A DNA stretch of 64,000 nucleotides from Macrostomum lignano (Eukaryota), in the NCBI GenBank assembly GCA_002269645.1, contig NIVC01003268.1:1-64000 (forward strand), in the 5' to 3' direction. The notes beneath the pieces were generated by a model. The model was not told the DNA's origin. It ran no database searches and was given only the letters and a program-made list of their open reading frames with translations. Made by a program: the position numbers and the translations under genes. Shown here piece by piece: positions 33,610 through 45,783 of the stretch. Position 1 is the stretch's first letter, and every line of letters starts with the position of its first letter.

Positions 33610-34025
33610 GTCTCTCTGCCATCCACTCGCTCAGCCAGGGCGGCGCCACCCTCAGAGTGGAGATGAAGCTGTGGAACGGCTCTGAGCTGCATGCGGAGTA
33701 CGCGGGATTCCAGGTGGGAGACGCCAGCACTGAGTATCGGATGACGTACCGAGAGATGCTGAGAGACAGGTCCAGTGTCAGCTTTGACGCCTTGGACCAC
33801 CACAAAGTTATGCGGTTCTCCACGATGGACAGGGACAATGACATATGGGATGCTTCATGCTCAAACAGTTTTGGAAAAGGAGGCTGGTGGTTTAAAAGCT
33901 ATCCCCACTTCAACCCTAACGGAATTTTTCCTTCAAAGGAGCCACGAGATATTAGCTATATGACCTGGTACACTGGCACTGGTTATCTGACTCTTCGTGA
34001 AGTGCGGCTGATGCTGCAGATTTGA
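33610..34025 (+). CDS. Copy 1, exon 3 (fibrinogen C-terminal domain, remainder)
   Basis: Acceptor CCGCAG/GT restores FWIGLSAIHSL..LRVEMK; FSTMDRDND, GGWWF, NPNG; stop TGA at 34023-34025. Confidence 0.9.
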
Positions 34026-34342
34026 GCAACAAAGTTGAGTAACCCAACAACGCATTCTTACGCTCGTGAAACTTTTGTCAAATCGGAGTTTTACTTAATT
34101 GTTTTTTTGAAACAAATTAGCATGTCTATGCAATATGTAAATTCAAAACAATGCTTTCTTAAATGTCTCTAATTGTAACTGTTTTAATTTTATTGACAGA
34201 AACTGAAAACACTTTGCAAGTTTAAACCAAAACCTAAGCCTACTTTAAACCTAATTTATACCTAATTTATTAGAAGCAAACAGTTTTCAACAATAAACTA
34301 CGAGCGTAACAAGAAAAAGTTAGCAACTATTCTACCAATCGA

Positions 34343-37300
34343 CTGTTCTATCAGTATTTTGCTGTCTGTTCTATCAAAGTATTGTGCTGTCTGTTCTATC
34401 AGTATTGTGCTGTCTTTTCTATCAGTATTGTGCTGTCTGTTCTATCAGTATTGTGCTGTCTGTTCTATCAGTATTGTGCTGTCTGTTCTATCAGTATTGT
34501 GCTGTCTGTTCTATCAGTATTGTGCTGTCTGTTCTATCAGTATTGTGCTGTCTGTTCTATCAGTATTGTGCTGTCTGTTCTATCAAAGTATTGTGCTGTC
34601 TGTTCTATCAGTATTGTGCTGTCTTTTCTATCAGTATTGTGCTGTCTGTTCTATCAGTATTGTGCTGTCTGTTCTATCGGTATTGTGCTGTCTGTTCTAT
34701 CAGTATTGTGCTGTCTGTTCTATCAGTATTGTGCTGTCTGTTCTATCAGTATTGTGCTGTCTGTTCTATCAAAGCATTGTGCTGTCTGTTCTATCAGTAT
34801 TGTGCTGTCTGTTCTATCAGTATTGTGCTGTCTGTTCTGTCAGTATTGTGCTGTCCGTTCTATCAGTATTGTGCTGTCTTTTCTATCAGTATTGTGCTGT
34901 CTGTTCTATCAGTATTGTGCTGTCTGTTCTATCAGTATTGTGCTGTCTGTTCTGTCAGTATTGTGCTGTCTGTTCTATTAGTATTGTGCTGTCTGTTCTG
35001 TCAGTATTGTGCTGTCTGTTCTATCAGTATTGTGCTGTCTGTTCTGTCAGTATTGTGCTGTCTGTTCTATTAGTATTGTGCTGTGTGTTGTATCAGTATT
35101 AGGCTGTCTGTTTTATCAGTATTGTGCAGTCTGTTATATCAGTATTGTGCTGTCTGTTCTATCAGTATTGTGCTGTCTGTTCTATCAGTATTGTGCTGTC
35201 TGTTCTGTCAGTATTGTGCTGTCTGTTCTATCGGTATTGTGCTGTCTGTTCTATCAGTATCGTGCTGTCTGTTCTATCAGTATTGTGCTGTCTGTTCTAT
35301 CAGTATTGTGCTGTCTGTTCTATCAGTATTGTGCTGTCTGTTCTATCCGTATTGTGCTGTCTGTTCTATCAGTATTGTGCTGTCTGTTCTATCAGTATCG
35401 TGCTGTCTGTTCTATCAGTATTGTGCTGTCTGTTCTATCAGTATTGTGCTGTCTTTTCTATCCGTATTGTGCTGTCTGTTCTATCAGTATTGTGCTGTCT
35501 GTTCTATCAGTATTGTGCTGTCTGTTCTATCAGTATTGTGCTGTCTGTTCTATCAGTATTGTGCTGTCTGTTCTATCAGTATTGTGCTGTCTGTTCTATT
35601 AGTATTGTGCTGTCTGTTCTATCGGTATTGTGCTGTCCGTTCTATCAGTATTGTGCTGTCTGTTCTATCAGTATTGTGCTGTCTGTTCTATCCGTATTGT
35701 GCTGTCTGTTCTATCAGTATTGTACTGTCTGTTCTATCAGTATTGTGCTGTCTGTTCTATCAGTATTGTGCTGTCTGTTCTATCAGTATTGTGCTGTCTG
35801 TTCTATCAGTATTGTGCTGTCTGCTGTATCAGAACTGTGCTGTCTGTTCTATCAGTATTGTGCTGTCTGTTCTATCAGTATTGTGCTGTCTGTTCTATCA
35901 GTATTGTGCTGTCTGTTCTGTCAGTATTGTGCTGTCCGTTCTATCAGTATTGTGCTGTCCGTTCTATCAGTATTGTGCTGTCTGTTCTGTCAGTATTGTG
36001 CTGTCTGTTCTATTAGTATTGTGCTGTGTGTTGTATCAGTATTGCTGTCTGTTTATCAGTATTGTGCAGTCTGTTATATCAGTATTGTGCTGTCTGTTCT
36101 ATCAGTATTGTGCTGTCTGTTCTATCAGTATTGTGCTGTCTGTTCTATCAGTATTGTGCTGTCTGTTCTATCAGTATTGTGCTGTCTTTTCTATCAGTAT
36201 TGTGCTGTCTGTTCTATCAGTATTGTGCTGTCTGTTCTATCAGTATTTGCTGTCTGTTCTATCAAAGCATTGTGCTGTCTGTTCTATCAGTATTGTGCTG
36301 TCTTTCTATCAGTATTGTGCTGTCTGTTCTATCAGTATTGTGCTGTCTGTTCTATCAGTATTGTGCTGTCTGTTCTGTCAGTATTGTGCTGTCTGTTCTA
36401 TTAGTATTGTGCTGTCTGTTCTGTCAGTATTGTGCTGTCCGTTCTATCAGTATTGTGCTGTCTTTTCTATCAGTATTGTGCTGTCTGTTCTATCAGTATT
36501 GTGCTGTCTGTTCTATCAGTATTGTGCTGTCTGTTCTGTCAGTATTGTGCTGTCTGTTCTATTAGTATTGTGCTGTCTGTTCTGTCAGTATTGTGCTGTC
36601 CGTTCTATCAGTATTGTGCTGTCTGTTCTGTCAGTATTGTGCTGTCTGTTCTATTAGTATTGTGCTGTGTGTTGTATCAGTATTGCTGTCTGTTTATCAG
36701 TATTGTGCAGTCTGTTATATCAGTATTGAGCTGTCTGTTCAATCAGTATCATGCTGTCTGTTCTATCAGTATTGTGCTGTCTGTTCTATCAGTATTGTGC
36801 TGTCTGTTCTATCGGTATTGTGCTGTCTGTTCTATCAGTATCGTGCTGTCTGTTCTATCAGTATTGTGCTGTCTGTTCTATCAGTATTGTGCTGTCTGTT
36901 CTATCAGTATTGTGCTGTCTGTTCTATCAGTATCGTGCTGTCTGTTCTATCAGTATTGTGCTGTCTGTTCTATCAGTATTGTGCTGTCTGTTCTATCAGT
37001 ATTGTGCTGTCTGTTCTATCAGTATTGTGCTGTCTGTTCTATTAGTATTGTGCTGTCTGTTCTATCAGTATTGTGCTGTCTGTTCTATCAGTATTGTGCT
37101 GTCTGTTCTATCAGTATTGTGCTGTCTGTTCTATCAGTATTGTGCTGTCTGTTCTATCAGTATTGTGCTGTCTGTTCTATCAGTATTGTGCTGTCTGTTC
37201 TATCAGTATTGTGCTGTCTGTTCTATCAGTATTGTGCTGTCTGTTCTATCAGTATTGTGCTGTCTGTTCTATCAGTATTGTGCTGTCTGTTCTATCAGTA

Positions 37301-40300
37301 TTGTGCTGTCTGTTCTATCAGTATTGTGCTGTCTGTTCTATCAGTATTTGCTGTCTGTTCTATCAGTATTGTGCTGTCTGTTCTATCAGTATTGTGCTGT
37401 CTTTCTATCAGTATTGTGCTGTCTGTTCTATCAGTATTGTGCTGTCTGTTCTATCAGTATTGTGCTGTCTGTTCTATCAGTATTGTGCTGTCTGTTCTAT
37501 CAGTATTGTGCTGTCTGTTCTATCAGTATTGTGCTGTCTGTTCTATCAGTATTGTGCTGTCTTTCTATCAGTATTGTGCTGTCTGTTCTATCAGTATTGT
37601 GCTGTCTGTTCTATCAGTATTGTGCTGTCTGTTCTATCAGTATTGTGCTGTCTGTTCTATCAGTATTGTGCTGTCTGTTCTATCAGTATTGTGCTGTCTG
37701 TTCTATCAGTATTGTGCTGTCTGTTCTATCAGTATTGTGCTGTCTGTTCTATCAGTATTGTGCTGTCTGTTCTATCAGTATTGTGCTGTCTGTTCTATCA
37801 GTATTGTGCTGTCTGTTCTATCAGTATTGTGCTGTCTGTTCTATCAGTATTGTGCTGTCTGTTCTATCAGTATTGTGCTGTCTGTTCTATCAGTATTGTG
37901 CTGTCTGTTCTATCAGTATTGTGCTGTCTGTTCTATCAGTATTGTGCTGTCTGTTCTATCAGTATTGTGCTGTCTGTTCTGTCAGTATTGTGCTGTCTGT
38001 TCTATCAGTATTGTGCTGTCTTTCTATCAGTATTGTGCTGTCTGTTCTATCAGTATTGTGCTGTCTGTTCTATCAGTATTGTGCTGTCTGTTCTATCAGT
38101 ATTGTGCTGTCTGTTCTATCAGTATTGTGCTGTCTGTTCTGTCAGTATTGTGCTGTCTGTTCTATCAGTATTGTGCTGTCTGTTCTGTCAGTATTGTGCT
38201 GTCTGTTCTATTAGTATTGTGCTGTGTGTTGTATCAGTATTGGCTGTCTGTTTATCAGTATTGTGCTGTCTGTTATATCAGTATTGTGCTGTCTGTTCAT
38301 CAGTATTGCTGTCTGTTCTATCAGTATTGTGCTGTCTGTTCTGTCAGTATTGTGCTGTCTGTTCTATCAGTATTGTGCTGTCTGTTCTATCAGTATTGTG
38401 CTGTCTGTTCTATCAGTATTGTGCTGTCTGTTCTATCAGTATTGTGCTGTCTGTTCTATCAGTATTGTGCTGTCTGTTCTATCAGTATTGTGCTGTCTGT
38501 TCTATCAGTATTGTGCTGTCTGTTCTATCAGTATTGTGCTGTCTGTTCTATCAGTATTGTGCTGTCTGTTCTATCAGTATTGTGCTGTCTGTTCTATCAG
38601 TATTGTGCTGTCTGTTCTATCAGTATTGTGCTGTCTGTTCTATCAGTATTGTGCTGTCTGTTCTATCAGTATTGTGCTGTCTGTTCTATCAGTATTGTGC
38701 TGTCTGTTCTATCAGTATTGTGCTGTCTGTTCTATCAGTATTGTGCTGTCTGTTCTATCGTATTGTGCTGTCTGTTCTATCAGTATTGTGCTGTCTGTTC
38801 TATCAGTATTGTGCTGTCTGTTCTATCAGTATTGTGCTGTCTGTTCTATCAGTATTGTGCTGTCTGTTCTATCAGTATTGTGCTGTCTGTTCTATCAGTA
38901 TTGTGCTGTCTGTTCTATCAGTATTGTGCTGTCTGTTCTATCAGTATTGTGCTGTCTGTTATCAGTATTGTGCTGTCTGTTCTATCAGTATTGTGCTGTC
39001 TGTTCTATCAGTATTGTGCTGTCTGTTCTATCAGTATTGTGCTGTCTGTTCTATCAGTATTGTGCTGTCTGTTCTATCAGTATTGTGCTGTCTGTTCTAT
39101 CAGTATTGTGCTGTCTGTTCTATCAGTATTGTGCTGTCTGTTCTATCAGTATTGTGCTGTCTGTTCTATTAGTATTGTGCTGTGTGTTGTATCAGTATTA
39201 AGCTGTCTGTTTTATCAGTATTGTGCAGTCTGTTATATCAGTATTGTGCTGTCTGTTCTATCAGTATTGTGCTGTCTGTTCTATCAGTATTGTGCTGTCT
39301 GTTCTATCAGTATTGTGCTGTCTGTTCTATCAGTATTGTGCTGTCTGTTCTATCAGTATTGTGCTGTCTGTTCTATCAGTATTGTGCTGTCTGTTCTATC
39401 AGTATTGTGCTGTCTTTCTATCAGTATTGTGCTGTCTGTTCTATCAGTATTGTGCTGTCTGTTCTATCAGTATTGTGCTGTCTGTTCTGTCAGTATTGTG
39501 CTGTCTGTTCTATTAGTATTGTGCTGTCTGTTCTATCAGTATTGTGCTGTCTGTTCTATCAGTATTGTGCTGTCTGTTCTATCAGTATTGTGCTGTCTGT
39601 TCTATCAGTATTGTGCTGTCTGTTCTATCAGTATTGTGCTGTCTGTTTTATCAGTATTGTGCTGTCTGTTCTATCAGTATTGTGCTGTCTGTTCTATCAG
39701 TATTGTGCTGTCTGTTCTATCAGTATTGTGCTGTCTGTTCTATCAGTATTGTGCTGTCTGTTCTATCAGTATTGTGCTGTCTGTTCTATCAGTATTTGCT
39801 GTCTGTTCTATCAGTATTGTGCTGTCTGTTCTATCAGTATTGTGCTGTCTGTTCTATCAGTATTGTGCTGTCTGTTCTATCAGTATTGTGCTGTCTGTTC
39901 TATCAGTATTGTGCTGTCTGTTCTATCAGTATTGTGCTGTCTGTTCTATCAGTATTGTGCTGTCTGTTCTATCAGTATTGTGCTGTCTGTTCTATCAGTA
40001 TTGTGCTGTCTGTTCTATCAGTATTGTGCTGTCTGTTCTATCAGTATTGTGCTGTCTGTTCTATCAGTATTGTGCTGTCTGTTCTGTCAGTATTGTGCTG
40101 TCTGTTCTATCAGTATTGTGCTGTCTGTTCTATCAGTATTGTGCTGTCTGTTCTATCAGTATTGTGCTGTCTGTTCTATCAGTATTGTGCTGTCTGTTCT
40201 ATTAGTATTGTGCTGTGTGTTGTATCAGTATTGCTGTCTGTTTTATCAGTATTGTGCAGTCTGTTCTATCAGTATTGAGCTGTCTGTTCATCAGTATCAT

Positions 40301-43300
40301 GCTGTCTGTTCTATCAGTATTGTGCTGTCTGTTCTATCAGTATTGTGCTGTCTGTTCTATCAGTATTGTGCTGTCTGTTCTATCAGTATCGTGCTGTCTG
40401 TTCTATCAGTATTGTGCTGTCTGTTCTATCAGTATTGTGCTGTCTGTTCTATCAGTATTGTGCTGTCTGTTCTATCAGTATCGTGCTGTCTGTTCTATCA
40501 GTATTGTGCTGTCTGTTCTATCAGTATTGTGCTGTCTGTTCTATCCGTATTGTGCTGTCTGTTCTATCAGTATTGTGCTGTCTGTTCTATTAGTATTGTG
40601 CTGTCTGTTCTATCGGTATTGTGCTGTCCGTTCTATCAGTATTGTGCTGTCTGTTCTATCAGTATTGTGCTGTCTGTTCTATCCGTATTGTGCTGTCTGT
40701 TCTATCAGTATTGTACTGTCTGTTCTATCAGTATTGTGCTGTCTGTTCTATCAGTATTGTGCTGTCTGTTCTATCAGTATTGTGCTGTCTGTTCTATCAG
40801 TATTGTGCTGTCTGCTGTATCAGATGTGCTGTCTGTTCTATCAGTATTGTGCTGTCTGTTCTATCAGTATTGTGCTGTCTGTTCTATCAGTATTTGCTGT
40901 CTGTTCTATCAGCATTGTGCTGTCTGTTCTATCAGTATTGTGCTGTCTTTCTATCAGTATTGTGCTGTCTGTTCTATCAGTATTGTGCTGTCTGTTCTAT
41001 CAGTATTGTGCTGTCTGTTCTGTCAGTATTGTGCTGTCTGTTCTATTAGTATTGTGCTGTCTGTTCTGTCAGTATTGTGCTGTCCGTTCTATCAGTATTG
41101 TGCTGTCTGTTCTGTCAGTATTGTGCTGTCTGTTCTATTAGTATTGTGCTGTGTGTTGTATCAGTATTAAGCTGTCTGTTTTATCAGTATTGTGCAGTCT
41201 GTTATATCAGTATTGAGCTGTCTGTTCAATCAGTATCATGCTGTCTGTTCTATCAGTATTGTGCTGTCTGTTCTATCAGTATTGTGCTGTCTGTTCTATC
41301 GGTATTGTGCTGTCTGTTCTATCAGTATCGTGCTGTCTGTTCTATCAGTTATTGTGCTGTCTGTTCTATCAGTATTGTGCTGTCTGTTCTATCCGTATTG
41401 TGCTGTCTGTTCTATCAGTATTGTGCTGTCTGTTCTATCAGTATTGTGCTGTCTGTTCTATCAGTATTGTGCTGTCTGTTCTATCAGTATTGTGCTGTCT
41501 GTTCTATCAGTATTGTGCTGTCTGTTCTATCAGTATTGTGCTGTCTGTTCTATCGTATTGTGCTGTCTGTTCTATCAGTATTGTGCTGTCTGTTCTATCA
41601 GTATTGTGCTGTCTGTTCTATCAGTATTGTGCTGTCTGTTCTGTCAGTATTGTGCTGTCTGTTCTATCAGTATTGTGCTGTCTTTTCTATCAGTATTGTG
41701 CTGTCTGTTCTATCAGTATTGTGCTGTCTGTTCTATCAGTATTGTGCTGTCTTTTCTATCAGTATTGTGCTGTCTGTTCTATCAGTATTGTGCTGTCTGT
41801 TCTATCGGTATTGTGCTGTCTTTTCTATCAGTATTGTGCTGTCTGTTCTATCAGTATTGTGCTGTCTGTTCTATCAGTATTGTGCTGTCTGTTCTGTCAG
41901 TATTGTGCTGTCTGTTCTATTAGTATTGTGCTGTCTGTTCTGTCAGTATTGTGCTGTCCGTTCTATCAGTATTGTGCTGTCTGTTCTGTCAGTATTGTGC
42001 TGTCTGTTCTATTAGTATTGTGCTGTGTGTTGTATCAGTATTAAGCTGTCTGTTTTATCAGTATTGTGCAGTCTGTTATATCAGTATTGAGCTGTCTGTT
42101 CAATCAGTATCATGCTGTCTGTTCTATCAGTATTGTGCTGTCTGTTCTATCAGTATTGTGCTGTCTGTTCTATCAGTATTGTGCTGTCTGTTCTATCAGT
42201 ATTTTGCTGTCTGTTCTATCAAAGCATTGTGCTGTCTGTTCTATCAGTATTGTGCTGTCTTTTCTATCAGTATTGTGCTGTCTGTTCTATCAGTATTGTG
42301 CTGTCTGTTCTATCAGTATTGTGCTGTCTGTTCTGTCAGTATTGTGCTGTCTGTTCTATTAGTATTGTGCTGTCTGTTCTGTCAGTATTGTGCTGTCCGT
42401 TCTATCAGTATTGTGCTGTCTTTTCTATCAGTATTGTGCTGTCTGTTCTATCAGTATTGTGCTGTCTGTTCTATCAGTATTGTGCTGTCTGTTCTGTCAG
42501 TATTGTGCTGTCTGTTCTATTAGTATTGTGCTGTCTGTTCTGTCAGTATTGTGCTGTCCGTTCTATTAGTATTGTGCTGTCTGTTCTGTCAGTATTGTGC
42601 TGTCTGTTCTATTAGTATTGTGCTGTGTGTTGTATCAGTATTAAGCTGTCTGTTTTATCAGTATTGTGCAGTCTGTTATATCAGTATTGAGCTGTCTGTT
42701 CAATCAGTATCATGCTGTCTGTTCTATCAGTATTGTGCTGTCTGTTCTATCAGTATTGTGCTGTCTGTTCTATCGGTATTGTGCTGTCTTTTCTATCAGT
42801 ATCGTGCTGTCTGTTCTATCAGTATTGTGCTGTCTGTTCTATCAGTATTGTGCTGTCTGTTCTATCAGTATTGTGCTGTCTGTTCTATCAGTATCGTGCT
42901 GTCTGTTCTATCAGTATTGTGCTGTCTGTTCTATCAGTATTGTGCTGTCTGTTCTATCCGTATTGTGCTGTCTGTTCTATCAGTATTGTGCTGTCTGTTC
43001 TATTAGTATTGTGCTGTCTGTTCTATCGGTATTGTGCTGTCCGTTCTATCAGTATTGTGCTGTCTGTTCTATCAGTATTGTGCTGTCTGTTCTATCCGTA
43101 TTGTGCTGTCTGTTCTATCAGTATTGTACTGTCTGTTCTATCAGTATTGTGCTGTCTGTTCTATCAGTATTGTGCTGTCTGTTCTATCAGTATTGTACTG
43201 TCTGTTCTATCAGTATTGTGCTGTCTGCTGTATCAGAACTGTGCTGTCTGTTCTATCAGTATTGTGCTGTCTGTTCTATCAGTATTGTGCTGTCTGTTCT

Positions 43301-45783
43301 ATCAGTATTTTGCTGTCTGTTCTATCAAAGCATTGTGCTGTCTGTTCTATCAGTATTGTGCTGTCTTTTCTATCAGTATTGTGCTGTCTGTTCTATCAGT
43401 ATTGTGCTGTCTGTTCTATCAGTATTGTGCTGTCTGTTCTGTCAGTATTGTGCTGTCTGTTCTATTAGTATTGTGCTGTCTGTTCTGTCAGTATTGTGCT
43501 GTCCGTTCTATCAGTATTGTGCTGTCTGTTCTGTCAGTATTGTGCTGTCTGTTCTATTAGTATTGTGCTGTGTGTTGTATCAGTATTAAGCTGTCTGTTT
43601 TATCAGTATTGTGCAGTCTGTTATATCAGTATTGAGCTGTCTGTTCAATCAGTATCATGCTGTCTGTTCTATCAGTATTGTGCTGTCTGTTCTATCAGTA
43701 TTGTGCTGTCTGTTCTATCGGTATTGTGCTGTCTGTTCTATCAGTATCGTGCTGTCTGTTCTATCATTATTGTGCTGTCTGTTCTATCAGTATTGTGCTG
43801 TCTGTTCTATCCGTATTGTGCTGTCTGTTCTATCAGTATTGTGCTGTCTGTTCTATCAGTATTGTGCTGTCTGTTCTATCAGTATTGTGCTGTCTGTTCT
43901 ATCAGTATTGTGCTGTCTGTTCTATCAGTATTGTGCTGTCTGTTCTATCAGTATTGTGCTGTCTGTTCTATCGGTATTGTGCTGTCCGTTCTATCAGTAT
44001 TGTGCTGTCTGTTCTATCAGTATTGTGCTGTCTGTTCTATCAGTATTGTGCTGTCTGTTCTGTCAGTATTGTGCTGTCTGTTCTATCAGTATTGTGCTGT
44101 CTTTTCTATCAGTATTGTGCTGTCTGTTCTATCAGTATTGTGCTGTCTGTTCTATCAGTATTGTGCTGTCTGTTCTGTCAGTATTGTGCTGTCTGTTCTA
44201 TTAGTATTGTGCTGTCTGTTCTGTCAGTATTGTGCTGTCCGTTCTATCAGTATTGTGCTGTCTGTTCTGTCAGTATTGTGCTGTCTGTTCTATTAGTATT
44301 GTGCTGTGTGTTGTATCAGTATTAAGCTGTCTGTTTTATCAGTATTGTGCAGTCTGTTATATCAGTATTGAGCTGTCTGTTCAATCAGTATCATGCTGTC
44401 TGTTCTATCAGTATTGTGCTGTCTGTTCTATCAGTATTGTGCTGTCTGTTCTATCGGTATTGTGCTGTCTGTTCTATCAGTATCGTGCTGTCTGTTCTAT
44501 CATTATTGTGCTGTCTGTTCTATCAGTATTGTGCTGTCTGTTCTATCCGTATTGTGCTGTCTGTTCTATCAGTATTGTGCTGTCTGTTCTATCAGTATTG
44601 TGCTGTCTGTTCTATCAGTATTGTGCTGTCTGTTCTATCAGTATTGTGCTGTCTGTTCTATCAGTATTGTGCTGTCTGTTCTATCAGTATTGTGCTGTCT
44701 GTTCTATCGGTATTGTGCTGTCCGTTCTATCAGTATTGTGCTGTCTGTTCTATCAGTATTGTGCTGTCTGTTCTATCCGTATTGTGCTGTCTGTTCTATC
44801 AGTATTGTGCTGTCTGTTCTATCAGTATTGTGCTGTCTGTTCTATCAGTATTGTGCTGTCTGTTCTATCAGTATTGTGCTGTCTGTTCTATCAGTCTTGT
44901 GCTGTCTGCTGTATCAGAACTGTGCTGTCTGTTCTATCAGTATTGTGCTGTCTGTTCTATCAGTATTGTGCTGTCTGTTCTATCAGTATTGTGCTGTCTG
45001 TTCTGTCAGTATTGTGCTGTCCGTTCTATCAGTATTGTGCTGTCTGTTCTATCAGTATTGTGCTGTCTGTTCTATTAGTATTGTGCTGTGTGTTGTATCA
45101 GTATTAAGCTGTCTGTTTTATCAGTATTGTGCGGTCTGTTCTATCAGTATTGTGCTGTCTGTTCTATCAGTATTGTGCTGTCTGTTCTATCAGTATTGTG
45201 CTGTCTGTTCTATCAGTATTGTGCTGTCTGTTCTATCAGTATTGTGCTGTGTGTTCTATCAGTATTGTGCTGTCTGCTGTATCAGAACTGTGCTGTCTGT
45301 TCTATCAGTATTGTGCTGTCTGTTCTATCAGTATCGTGCTGTCTGTTCTATCAGTATTGTGCTGTCTGTTCTGTCAGTATTGTGCTGTCCGTTCTATCAG
45401 TATTGTGCTGTCTGTTCTGTCAGTATTGTGCTGTCTGTTCTATTAGTATTGTGCTGTGTGTTGTATCAGTATTAAGCTGTCTGTTTTATCAGTATTGTGC
45501 TGTCTTTTCTATCAGTATTGTGCTGTCTGTTCTATCAGTATTGTGCTGTCTGTTCTATCGGTATTGTGCTGTCTGTTCTATCAGTATTGTGCTGTCTGTT
45601 CTATCAGTATTGTGTTGTCTGTTCTATCAGTATTGTGCTGTCTGTTCTATCAGTATTGTGCTGTCTGTTCTATCAGTATTGTGCTGTCTGCTGTATCAGA
45701 ACTGTGCTGTCTGTTCTATCAGTATTGTGCTGTCTGTTTTATCAGTATTGTGCTGTCTGTTCTATCAGTATTGTGCTGTCTGC
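34343..45783. repeat. 23-bp satellite array (CTATCAGTATTGTGCTGTCTGTT)n, about 500 units, with higher-order variant blocks
   Basis: Direct inspection; the variant cassette containing GTGTGTTGTATCAG recurs about 13 times. Confidence 0.98.
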
